From an uncultured Verrucomicrobiae bacterium (GTDB taxonomy: Bacteria; Verrucomicrobiota; Verrucomicrobiia; Limisphaerales; DSYF01), in the NCBI GenBank assembly GCA_963751435.1, contig CAVVUP010000028.1:42608-106607 (forward strand): a DNA stretch of 64,000 nucleotides. Direction: 5' to 3'. The position numbers and the translations under genes were made by a program. Position 1 is the first letter of the stretch. The number at the start of each line of letters is the position of its first letter. The notes under the pieces are model-generated. The model was not told where the DNA came from and ran no database searches. It was given only the letters and a program-made list of their open reading frames with translations. This document shows, in pieces, positions 39,824 to 48,924 of this stretch.

Positions 39824-42637
39824 TTACATTGTCCGCAGCGCATAAAGGAGTTGAGGGGCACTTGCGGGGATGGAAACGATCAGCACCGTTGGATTGGGGA
39901 CAAAGGTTCCGTTCGTCACGACGGTCCAATTTGCGAGCGGCACATCGAGGGTATCGCTGCTCAACAAGGCAAACGCCGATCCCGGCTCGCCGACGACGGA
40001 AAGTCTCAAGTCGGCGCCGGGGACGACCGAGACAGCGGAAAAGCGGGGCGATTGGGCCCCGCCCATGCGGAAGCGGAACGTGCGCGTCGGGGGTGTGGTC
40101 ATCAGTGCATTGAGATCCAGGTAGGTGGGGCCATCGAGCTGCAAGGTGAAGGTGATCTCCCAGGCTGCGGTTTCGGCGTTGTAATCGCACTGCCAGAAGT
40201 CATTGCCGTTCACCGCCTGGCTGATCGCAACCCAGGCATCGCCGACCTTTTCCTCCAACAGAGGGGCGCGATAATCGCTCAAGCCCGTGATCGTGACGGG
40301 AACGCAGCCCAGGCCGCCCGTGACGGTGAACCCGGCGCGGTTGTTGGTGGCCTCAAGCTGGATGGGAAAGAGCCGATCCAACCGGCCCCATTGCGGCGTG
40401 ACCGAGAGATTGTTCCCCACGGCTTCGCGCAATCCGATCTGGCAGCTGTTCTGGTAGTTGGTCAAGGCACGACGGAAACTGCGGTTCGGCCCGTAATAGT
40501 TGCTCGCGAACCTGGGAATGTAGAACCGGACAATCTCGGCCTCCACAAAATCTCCCGCCTGAAAAGCAATCACCCCCGGCGGCGGGACGAGGTCGAAGAC
40601 GGAACCGCCAACCACACTGCGCTCCACAAGGTAGGGCGGCACGTTGCTCGCCCCGTTGATTCGCGCGCGCCACGAACGAATAACAAAGCCGCGATCAGCC
40701 GCCGAGTAACCCGATTCCGCCGGCGAATCGAGCGTCATGGTCCACGGCATCGGGCCGGTCAGCGCGACCGGCGTCCCGATGTTCCGGTTCTGGTTGAACG
40801 TGGCGGTCCACTGGCGCAGCGGTGCAAGATTGGTCGCGTTGCCATAGGCGAGTTTCGTGCCGTTGTTATAGGCGTAGGTGTCCGCCGCCTGTTGGAAAAA
40901 CACGAGCCGGGAGAAGGTCAGGTCGGACGTCACCTCCACCCGCAGCCGATGAACAGCGCGGGTGTAGTCATCCGAGCGAAACAACCCGGCGCTGTAGCTG
41001 AACTCCATCTTGCCGTCGTCCGTCTGCCCGGCGAACACCGCCTCCGCCAGGTTCGGACAATAGCGCAGGTAGCGAGTGCGCATGCGAGCGTGCAGCCGTT
41101 GTTGACCGCCGCGGTCGTAGTAACGCAGGAAGGACGCGCCGCCGGCGTTGGCGCACCATTGGCCGGTGCGACCCTGCGCGTCGGTGACCAGCATCGGACG
41201 GGAGTCGGTGCAATCGTTGTCGGTGAGACCGTGGTCAACGTCGTAGCAGAAGGCCTCCCCGTAGTTGCCCAACGCCGCCTCATCCCATTGGGAAGCGCCG
41301 TGCCCGTAGTAGCCGATGACGGACAACTGCGAATGCGTTGCGGCGGGCATCCCGCCCCAATTCTGTCCCACCATCGTCAACTCGAAGCTCAGGTGGGTCT
41401 GGGGCGGAACACTCAGCATCGTCAGGCCATGGAACCACCAACCGGCAAAGCCGACGGGGGGAAGCGGTCCATGCCAGTTCTTCGACAACTGGACCGGAAT
41501 GCCGATGGGATTCAAGTCGGCATCGCGCAACACCGCGCTGATGCCAGGAATGTAAAAGGGCGCGCCATCGAAATTGAGCCGGGCCAGGCGGGCGACTGCA
41601 CTGCTGTTGGTGACGTTGATCCGCACACGCAGGAGGCCATCCCCGCCGGTCGTGCCGCTGGCGGGCAGAAACACGCGATGGCAGCCCCGGTCGGCATCGT
41701 AGGTATCCGACAGGATTCCAGCGTCCGGAACAATCCCGGTCGCGGTCACCTGCAATGGGGACGTTTCGCCGGCCACAGCATTGGTCAACGCCATCGCAAC
41801 GTCCGTCGCAACGGGGTAAGCAATCAATCCCACCGATCGCTCCTGGCCGGCGCTCCAGTTGGTCGCCATGGTCCGAACGGTGACCGTGCCATCACTCGAA
41901 TTCACCGCCAGCGTGGAACTGTCACCGCTCTTGAGGAACACGAAGCCGCCGCCATCCGGCGTCCGCAGCGCCACGCCGCCGCCATGCGCCACGGGTGAGC
42001 CGGCGGCGTTGGTCAGGCCGAACGTCATTTCCAGCGTGGCATCGGTGACCGCACTCCCGGGCACCAGGCGCAGCACAAAGGAAACGCGGTCCGGCCACGC
42101 GGCCACCTCCAACCCGCTCAACTCGGAATTCAATGACAGGCCGCCACTCACCGCGACCTTGTGAAACCGGCGCTGAAAAAACTTTCCGCATTCCACCAGA
42201 TAGACATCCGTCGGGGATGAACTGGCGGGAACGACATTGTTCGTCGAGCCGGTGCTGACCAAGCGGCAGCCAAAGGACACCGGCTGCGAAGGCGGAACAC
42301 TCTGAGTGGAAGACTCGCCCAGCACGGTTGACTCGGAAACTGGGCCGGCAAGTGGGAAGAACGCGGTGGGTGTGAACCGGGCGGTGTCGAAGGACAGGCC
42401 GTAGCGGCTGGTTTTGATGGCGTAATGGGCGGACGAGACGCCGTTTGACCACCACAGGTAGCCAAATTCGCGGACGCTGGTGAAGGTCTCAGATGGAAGC
42501 GTGCGGTCGGCAGCATCCGGCGTGACTTCGCCCCCCTGCATGCGATAGGTGGCGTGCGCCACCCCCGCCAGCCCCAAGGCCAGCAGTGCGAGACGCATCA
42601 TTGCATGCCATGACCTGCTTGGCTCAGCCATTTCCAC
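39824..42637 (-). CDS. Large secreted protein of unknown function (no family recognised)
   Basis: 937-aa intact ORF with a signal peptide (MMRLALLALGLAGVAHA, so the start is possibly 42601). I recognise no catalytic or repeat motif. It is Trp/Tyr-rich, for example NWHGPLPPVGFAGWWFHGLTM and GQNWGGMPAATHSQLSVIGYYGHGASQWDE. Confidence 0.7.
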   Translation of the reverse strand: MEMAEPSRSWHAMMRLALLALGLAGVAHATYRMQGGEVTPDAADRTLPSETFTSVREFGYLWWSNGVSSAHYAIKTSRYGLSFDTARFTPTAFFPLAGPVSESTVLGESSTQSVPPSQPVSFGCRLVSTGSTNNVVPASSSPTDVYLVECGKFFQRRFHKVAVSGGLSLNSELSGLEVAAWPDRVSFVLRLVPGSAVTDATLEMTFGLTNAAGSPVAHGGGVALRTPDGGGFVFLKSGDSSTLAVNSSDGTVTVRTMATNWSAGQERSVGLIAYPVATDVAMALTNAVAGETSPLQVTATGIVPDAGILSDTYDADRGCHRVFLPASGTTGGDGLLRVRINVTNSSAVARLARLNFDGAPFYIPGISAVLRDADLNPIGIPVQLSKNWHGPLPPVGFAGWWFHGLTMLSVPPQTHLSFELTMVGQNWGGMPAATHSQLSVIGYYGHGASQWDEAALGNYGEAFCYDVDHGLTDNDCTDSRPMLVTDAQGRTGQWCANAGGASFLRYYDRGGQQRLHARMRTRYLRYCPNLAEAVFAGQTDDGKMEFSYSAGLFRSDDYTRAVHRLRVEVTSDLTFSRLVFFQQAADTYAYNNGTKLAYGNATNLAPLRQWTATFNQNRNIGTPVALTGPMPWTMTLDSPAESGYSAADRGFVIRSWRARINGASNVPPYLVERSVVGGSVFDLVPPPGVIAFQAGDFVEAEIVRFYIPRFASNYYGPNRSFRRALTNYQNSCQIGLREAVGNNLSVTPQWGRLDRLFPIQLEATNNRAGFTVTGGLGCVPVTITGLSDYRAPLLEEKVGDAWVAISQAVNGNDFWQCDYNAETAAWEITFTLQLDGPTYLDLNALMTTPPTRTFRFRMGGAQSPRFSAVSVVPGADLRLSVVGEPGSAFALLSSDTLDVPLANWTVVTNGTFVPNPTVLIVSIPASAPQLLYALRTM

Positions 42638-42801
42638 ACATCCTCGGCTTCGGGTTATTCAATGACCGGGAATCATGCATCCCCCACTCCCACTCACTTT
42701 ATAGAGCCCCTCGCAGTGTCGGGGCTGCTGCATGGGTCTTTCGCATGGTCAACAGATCCCCCGCATGGCGGGCGCACCAGCCGCCATCCCGTTGGATGAT
42801 T

Positions 42802-43038
42802 TTAGTGTCCCGCCAAACCCGCACCTCCGGGTGTCTGCGCCCGCCGCGACTGTCGCCAGTGCGCCCGGTGATGGACCACCCAGCTCACCAGCGCACACTC
42901 GAACCCGATGTCCCGCCCCGCGCGCTGGGACTCGAACCACTTGTGTTTGAGAATCTCTTCCCGCTCCGCCACGAACTCGCGGTAGAGCGATGAGCGTTCC
43001 ACCCATTCGCGCTCCCCCAAAGGGTTTTCAGGGTTCAT
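42802..43038 (-). CDS. Small conserved hypothetical protein (KHKWxESxxAGxDxGFE motif)
   Basis: The ORF is 93 aa in the track, with the likely start at MNPENPLGEREW (ATG at 43038). It contains the motif REEILKHKWFESQRAGRDIGFECALVSWVVHHRAHW. A 6-bp hairpin ggagtt-gtccg-aactcc lies in the 5' region (43062-43080). Confidence 0.5.
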   Translation of the reverse strand: MNPENPLGEREWVERSSLYREFVAEREEILKHKWFESQRAGRDIGFECALVSWVVHHRAHWRQSRRAQTPGGAGLAGH

Positions 43039-43296
43039 GTTTGCAGATTCAAGCTTAGAGTCTTGGAGTTCGGACAACTCCAATAATACCGGTCACATCC
43101 GTCCGACATGGCCGGTGGTTTTCAGTCCAGTATCGCCGTTTCCTGAACCGGGTCCACAGAGCCGGCATCATCCTTTTGGCTGATGCCGCCGGAGGGGGGA
43201 CGGAACTCCTCTGCGGAGGTTTCAGCCGGATGAATCCGGGGTTCCATTTTCAGCTTCATGACTCGGCAGGGGCGTTGTTCAGATGCGCCCGAAGAC

Positions 43297-44535
43297 CTAT
43301 TTGAAACCGTTTCCGCGCATCGAATGCTTCTTGCGATACTCGACCGGGGTTGATCCCGTGTGCCGCCGGAAGAGTTCCGAGAAATAGGCCTGCGAACCGA
43401 ACCCTGAAAGCTCGGCAATCCGGGCCATGGGAAGATCCGTACCGAGCAGCAACTTGCGGGCGCGTTCCAGGTGCACCCGTCGGATCTCATCGGCCGGAGA
43501 GCGGCGCAAGTAGTCCATGAAGCGCCGTTCCAACACCCGACGTGAAACACCCACATGCTGGGCGATTTGCTCCACATGCAAGGCTCGGGCGGCGTGCTGG
43601 CGCAGAAAGCTCAGGGCTCTAATGAGGATGGGGTCGCCCAAAGCCAGGGTCTCGGTGGATTGGCGCGTCACCACGCCGACAGGGGCGATCAAGGTGGGGG
43701 AGGCTGGAACCGGGCGCCCGTGCATGATGTCGTCCAGCATCTCCGCGGCGAGGTGTCCAATACCATGCCCGGCCACAGTGATGCCCGAAATGGGCACCAC
43801 CGAGGTCTCGCACAGCACCTCATCATCCGCCTGGCTGAGCACGGCCACTTCCTCCGGCACATGCAGCCCCGTCTCGTGACACGCATAGACGATCTCCCGG
43901 GCACTGCTCGCATTCCAACAGAGAATCGCCACGGGCTTGGGAAGTTGCCGGATCCATTCCCCCAAGCTGGCCAAATCCAACCGCCAATCCGGCTCCGCGC
44001 CAGCGGCCGGTCGAACCGCCAAGGATGTGAAATCGCCACCGCTCACCCTGACCAGTTCGGCAAAGATTGCCCGGTGCTTTTGCACGTAATCCAAGCCCAC
44101 CAACCCGAAATAGGCAAAGTGTTTGAACCCGCGCTCCAAAAAATGCGCGGACGCCAGCCTCGCGGAGGCTTCCAGATCGGTCGAAACCCGCGGAAACGTC
44201 GCTTCCGGGATTTCAATGCCGGAGACATTGACCACGGGGATTTGAAGCGCAGCCAGCTCGCGCGCCATCTCGGACGTGCTCACGCGCGCGATGACGCCGT
44301 CCGCGCGCCAGCCTGGCGGAAGCCGGAGGCGTTCCTCAATCCCGCGGGCTTCGACGAACACTTCCCACGACGCATGTTTGAGGCGATAGGAATTGATCCC
44401 GTGCAACACCGCCCGGCCCCAGGTCGTGGACGTGTCTACCAGCAGGGCGACACGATGCCAACGCGCCCCGTTCAAACGGGTCGACCGGCTGGCCCGCGGC
44501 GCCACCCCGACCACATCAGATATCGGTTTCATCAC
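43297..44535 (-). CDS. XylR-type transcriptional regulator (periplasmic-binding-protein-like sensor + AraC-family HTH)
   Basis: 412-aa ORF. The N-terminal part is RVALLVDTSTTWGRAVLHGINSY...WEVFVEARGIEE...ADGVIARV. The C-terminal AraC HTH is VEQIAQHVGVSRRVLERRF...MARIAELSGFGSQAYFSELFRRHTGSTPVEYRK. Confidence 0.8.
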   Translation of the reverse strand: MMKPISDVVGVAPRASRSTRLNGARWHRVALLVDTSTTWGRAVLHGINSYRLKHASWEVFVEARGIEERLRLPPGWRADGVIARVSTSEMARELAALQIPVVNVSGIEIPEATFPRVSTDLEASARLASAHFLERGFKHFAYFGLVGLDYVQKHRAIFAELVRVSGGDFTSLAVRPAAGAEPDWRLDLASLGEWIRQLPKPVAILCWNASSAREIVYACHETGLHVPEEVAVLSQADDEVLCETSVVPISGITVAGHGIGHLAAEMLDDIMHGRPVPASPTLIAPVGVVTRQSTETLALGDPILIRALSFLRQHAARALHVEQIAQHVGVSRRVLERRFMDYLRRSPADEIRRVHLERARKLLLGTDLPMARIAELSGFGSQAYFSELFRRHTGSTPVEYRKKHSMRGNGFK

Positions 44536-44735
44536 GACAGCAGTGGAACAAATCGGTTGTTTCGCCCCCGATCAGCGGGGACAGCACACTGCAACCTACA
44601 AACCAAGCCCCGAGTCTTTCGGCCTGGTCGCAGTCGGAAGAACGTGCCCCCCGCCCCCCCCCGCGCAACTACCCGAGCGGGTAGGTGCAGGGCAAGCCTT
44701 ACCCAAGCATGTCCAAGCTCATGCCCCAGCGTACG

Positions 44736-44770
44736 CAAAACGGCGGTTGCCGTCGCCGGCAACCGCCTTT
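44736..44770 (-). terminator. Rho-independent terminator downstream of gap
   Basis: A perfect 11-bp stem ggcggttgccg / cggcaaccgcc with loop tcgc sits at 44742-44767. It is flanked by AAAA on the plus strand (TTTT on the minus strand) and lies 20 nt after the gap stop. Confidence 0.75.
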
Positions 44771-44790
44771 CGTGAAGTCTATCGATGGGC

Positions 44791-45894
<1,104 letters not shown>

Positions 45895-45973
45895 CTAGCG
45901 GGAGGCACTCTCCGGTCAACGCGGAAGTGTAATCGGAGCCGGGCAGGGGTGCATGACAAAAAAGTGACCTAGG

Positions 45974-46004
45974 ATGGGCGCGCTTCGTGGCGCGCCCATT
46001 TTTG
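45974..46004 (+). terminator. Orphan canonical terminator-like hairpin (plus strand) in the gap upstream region
   Basis: The stem is atgggcgcgc-ttcgtg-gcgcgcccat (10 bp) followed directly by TTTTT. No plus-strand gene lies upstream of it in the window. Confidence 0.45.
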
Positions 46005-46094
46005 GGTTGCTAGATTGTATCTTGTAGGATACAAGCAGCCATGCCAGATTCCATCCAATCCCTCCGTTCCCAACGCGATGCCGTTCTTGAGCGA

Positions 46095-46380
46095 GGGTAG
46101 GGGTCAAACCATAGTCTTGACCGCGTAGCAGTGATTCGTGAGGCTCGTAGCCAATGCCACGTAAACTGCGAGTGGAGTTTCCTGGGGCCATTTACCACGT
46201 CATGAGCCGTGGGGATCGGCGAGAAGACATCTTCCAAGGGTAGGGGTCAAACCATAGTCTTGACCGCGTAGCAGTGATTCGTGAGGCTCGTAGCCAATGC
46301 CACGTAAACTGCGAGTGGAGTTTCCTGGGGCCATTTACCACGTCATGAGCCGTGGGGATCGGCGGGAAGACATCTTCCAA
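46095..46380 (+). repeat. 143-bp perfect-but-one tandem duplication covering the left REP-like hairpin, 5' UTR and first 28 codons of the RAYT-like gene
   Basis: Unit 1 (46095-46237) and unit 2 (46238-46380) differ at one position that I can see (a at ~46222 versus g at ~46365). Confidence 0.9.
46154..46243 (+). pseudogene. Truncated duplicate of the RAYT-like gene start (29 codons then TAG)
   Basis: It reads MPRKLRVEFPGAIYHVMSRGDRREDIFQG*, produced by the 143-bp duplication. Confidence 0.6.
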
Positions 46381-47262
46381 GACGATGTGGACCGGCAGGA
46401 TTTCCTCAAAACCTTGGCGGAGACCTGTCAGAAAACCGATTTCCAAGTGCATGCCTATTGCTTGATGGGAAACCATTTTCACCTGGTGGTGGAAACGCCC
46501 GAGGCGAACCTGGTGGCGGGAATGCGCTGGCTCTTGAGCACCTACACCATCCGACTCAATCACCGGCACAAGCTGGCCGGGCATGTCTTCAGCGGGCGTT
46601 ACAAGGCACTGCTGGTGGAGGGCAACGGAAACGGCTACTTGAAGACGGTGTGCGATTACGTGCATCTCAATCCGGTGAGAGCCGCCTTGTTGGGGGCGGA
46701 GGAACGGTTGTTGAGCTACCCTTGGAGCAGTCTGGGGTGGTATCTGGCGGCGGCGAAGCATCGGCCGCGGTGGATGCGGGTGGATCGGTTGCTGGGGGAA
46801 CATGGGATTGGAGCCGACGATGCGGCGGGGCGCAAGGCGTTTGAGCGGCGGATGGAGGCGAGGCGGCGGCAGGAGATGGATGAGGTTGAATACGAGCCGT
46901 TACGCCGGGGGTGGTGTCTGGGTGGGGAGGCGTTTCGCAAAGAGATGCTGGAGCGGATGGAGGGGCAGTTGGGGGAATCGCATGCCGGAGAGTTGAAACG
47001 GGAGAGTGCAGAGGCCCGGGCGGAACGGATCATCGGCGAGGAACTCAAGCGTCAGGGTTGGAGCGAAGCGCAATTGCGGCAGCGACGGAAGAGCGACCCG
47101 ATGAAGCTGGCGTTAGCGGCGCGGTTGCGACGGGAAACCATCCTGACAGTGGGATGGATTGCGCAGCGGCTGGAGATGGGGACGAGGAAGAGTGCCGCCA
47201 GCAAGTTGCACCATTGGGCCAGCGAGGAACAAAGAAAGGGGAGGGCCAAGACTATGGTCTGA
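46297..47262 (+). CDS. IS200/RAYT-like HUH (Y1) transposase with C-terminal HTH-like extension
   Basis: 321-aa ORF. The Y1_Tnp features are AIYHVMSRG, the HUH motif GNHFHLVVE and the catalytic-Tyr region GHVFSGRYKALLVE. The C-terminal part is DPMKLALAARLRRETILTVGWIAQRLEMG. Confidence 0.8.
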   Translation: MPRKLRVEFPGAIYHVMSRGDRREDIFQDDVDRQDFLKTLAETCQKTDFQVHAYCLMGNHFHLVVETPEANLVAGMRWLLSTYTIRLNHRHKLAGHVFSGRYKALLVEGNGNGYLKTVCDYVHLNPVRAALLGAEERLLSYPWSSLGWYLAAAKHRPRWMRVDRLLGEHGIGADDAAGRKAFERRMEARRRQEMDEVEYEPLRRGWCLGGEAFRKEMLERMEGQLGESHAGELKRESAEARAERIIGEELKRQGWSEAQLRQRRKSDPMKLALAARLRRETILTVGWIAQRLEMGTRKSAASKLHHWASEEQRKGRAKTMV

Positions 47263-47266
47263 CCCC
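47244..47266. repeat. Right REP-like inverted repeat of the RAYT unit (overlaps the stop codon)
   Basis: See 46095..47267. The sequence ggccaagactatggtctgacccc contains ...aag act atg gtc tga. Confidence 0.7.
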
Positions 47267-47478
47267 CGTCATACAAAACCCATGACCCCCGTCACGTCAC
47301 GCGAATTGGGTGCGTGCGAAGCGAGACTGTTGCAAGTGAGTACTGTAGAGCATTAAGCGTGAGCTGGCGCTTGAGCGAAACGTGGTTATCCGGCAGGCGG
47401 GTGAGTAGTTTGAGGTGGGATAGGAAACTCAAACACAAACCACAACATACCGGAGAACCACTATGAAGATCATGGTCG

Positions 47479-47486
47479 GAATTGAC
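47479..47486. repeat. 8-bp target-site duplication GAATTGAC (left copy) of the IS256 insertion
   Basis: An identical octamer directly abuts both IS256 ends. Confidence 0.85.
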
Positions 47487-48916
47487 GGGGCTGTAAATTA
47501 ATTCGTGTAAATGGCCAAACGAAAGGACAATGAAAGTTATGGCCATTACCGATGCAGTATTGAACGAACTCCTCAAAGACTACCAAAAGCCTGAAGATCT
47601 GTTGGGCAAGGACGGGCTGCTTAAGCAGTTACAGAAGCGCCTGCTGGAAAAAGCCATGGGCGCGGAGTTGACGGTGCATTTGGGTTACGACAAAAACGAC
47701 TCCGCCGGCGACAACAGCGGCAACTCCCGCAACGGCACTACTCCCAAGACGCTCAAGGGAGAGTTTGGGAACCTGCCCCTGGAGACGCCGCGCGATCGCA
47801 ACGGGACCTTTGAACCGCAGATCGTGGCCAAGGGGCAACGGCGCTTCGAGGGTTTCGACCAGGCGATCCTCAGCCTGTATGCCCGGGGACTGACGACGCG
47901 CGAGATCGAGGGGTATCTCTTGGAGATCTACGGAGTGGAGGTCTCACCGGGTCTGGTGTCGCAGGTAACCGAGGCGGTGTGTGCCGATGTGAAGGTCTGG
48001 CAGCAGCGGCCCTTGGAGGAGGTTTACCCCATCGTCTATTTTGATGCGCTCTGGGGCAAAGTGCGCACCAATGGGCAGGTGGTCAAAGTCGCGGTGTACC
48101 TGGCCCTTGGGATCAAAGTCGACGGCAACAAGGAGGTGCTGGGGATGTGGTCGGCCAACAGTGAAGGGGCCAAGTTCTGGCTGCACGTGTTGACCGAGCT
48201 CAAGAACCGAGGGGTACGCGACATCTTTATTGGCTGCGTGGATGGGCTTAAGGGTTTTCCGGAGGCCATGGAAGCGGTCTTTCCGGCGACGCAGGTGCAG
48301 TTGTGCCTGGTGCATATGGTGCGCCGTTCCCTGAGCTATGTGGGTTGGAAGGAACGCAAGGCGGTGGCGGCCGATTTGAAAGCGATCTATCGGGCGGCCA
48401 CGGAGGCCGAGGCCGAGCAAGCGCTGCAGGCTTTTGAACTCAAATGGGACCACAAATACCCTTCCATCAGCAAGAGTTGGCGCGCGCACTGGCCGGAACT
48501 CATCACCTTCCTGAAGTATCCGGCCGAGATCCGCAAAGCCATCTGCACGACCAACGCCATTGAATCGCTCAACCGGTCGTTGCGGAAGATCAGCAAGAAT
48601 CGTGGGGTATTTCCTCACGAGGAGTCGCTCCTAAAGCTTTACTACCTGGCGTTGGAGCGGGTGGCCAAAAAGTGGACTATGCCGATTCACGACTGGACCG
48701 CGGCGCTCAACCGTTTTGCCATTGAATTTGGCGATCGGATGCCCCGGTTGGATTGAGCACCCATGAGCCGGAAGATTTATTCAGTTTTACCGCAGGGGGC
48801 GCGAGCTAAGGCTCAAAGCTCGCCCCCTGCTCGTTTTATCTCAAACCGAAAGCTCGGGAAGTTAGGACAGTTAAACCAAAACAAAAAACCATTTACACAG
48901 ATTTCTTTACAAAACC
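47487..48916 (+). mobile_element. IS256-family insertion sequence, 1430 bp, complete
   Basis: The imperfect terminal inverted repeats are ggggctgtaaattaattcgtgtaaatggcc (47487-47516) and the reverse complement of 48887-48916, ggttttgtaaagaaatctgtgtaaatggtt. It has a single transposase ORF and an 8-bp target-site duplication. Confidence 0.9.
47530..48756 (+). CDS. IS256-family (Mutator-type) transposase
   Basis: 408-aa ORF with LKGEFGNLPLETPRDRNGTFEPQIV, LYARGLTTREIEGYL, VYFDALWGKVR, DGLKGFPEAMEAVFP..QLCLVHMVR and CTTNAIESLNRSLRK. Confidence 0.95.
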   Translation: MKVMAITDAVLNELLKDYQKPEDLLGKDGLLKQLQKRLLEKAMGAELTVHLGYDKNDSAGDNSGNSRNGTTPKTLKGEFGNLPLETPRDRNGTFEPQIVAKGQRRFEGFDQAILSLYARGLTTREIEGYLLEIYGVEVSPGLVSQVTEAVCADVKVWQQRPLEEVYPIVYFDALWGKVRTNGQVVKVAVYLALGIKVDGNKEVLGMWSANSEGAKFWLHVLTELKNRGVRDIFIGCVDGLKGFPEAMEAVFPATQVQLCLVHMVRRSLSYVGWKERKAVAADLKAIYRAATEAEAEQALQAFELKWDHKYPSISKSWRAHWPELITFLKYPAEIRKAICTTNAIESLNRSLRKISKNRGVFPHEESLLKLYYLALERVAKKWTMPIHDWTAALNRFAIEFGDRMPRLD

Positions 48917-48924
48917 GAATTGAC
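48917..48924. repeat. 8-bp target-site duplication GAATTGAC (right copy)
   Basis: See 47479..47486. Confidence 0.85.

Larger units (their letters stand above)
46095..47267 (+). mobile_element. RAYT-like (REP-associated tyrosine/HUH transposase) unit bounded by inverted 23-bp REP-like sequences
   Basis: The left copies ggggtcaaaccatagtcttgacc lie at 46100-46122 and 46243-46265. The right copy ggccaagactatggtctgacccc lies at 47244-47266. The reverse complement of the right copy matches the left at 21/23 positions. The left copy folds as ggtcaa-N9-ttgacc. Confidence 0.7.

Noticed and set aside
43122-43577. ORF 43122..43577 (151 aa) as an independent gene
   Set aside because: It overlaps the 3' end of the XylR-type regulator in another frame and has no recognisable features. 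The regulator's AraC HTH is clearly encoded in the other frame.
48763-48924. N-terminal 54 residues of ORF 48763..49992 as the true start of the IS110 transposase
   Set aside because: This segment is the right end of the IS256 element (its inverted repeat ends at 48916). The authentic N-terminus MKIMVGID lies at 47463-47486 on the other side of the insertion.
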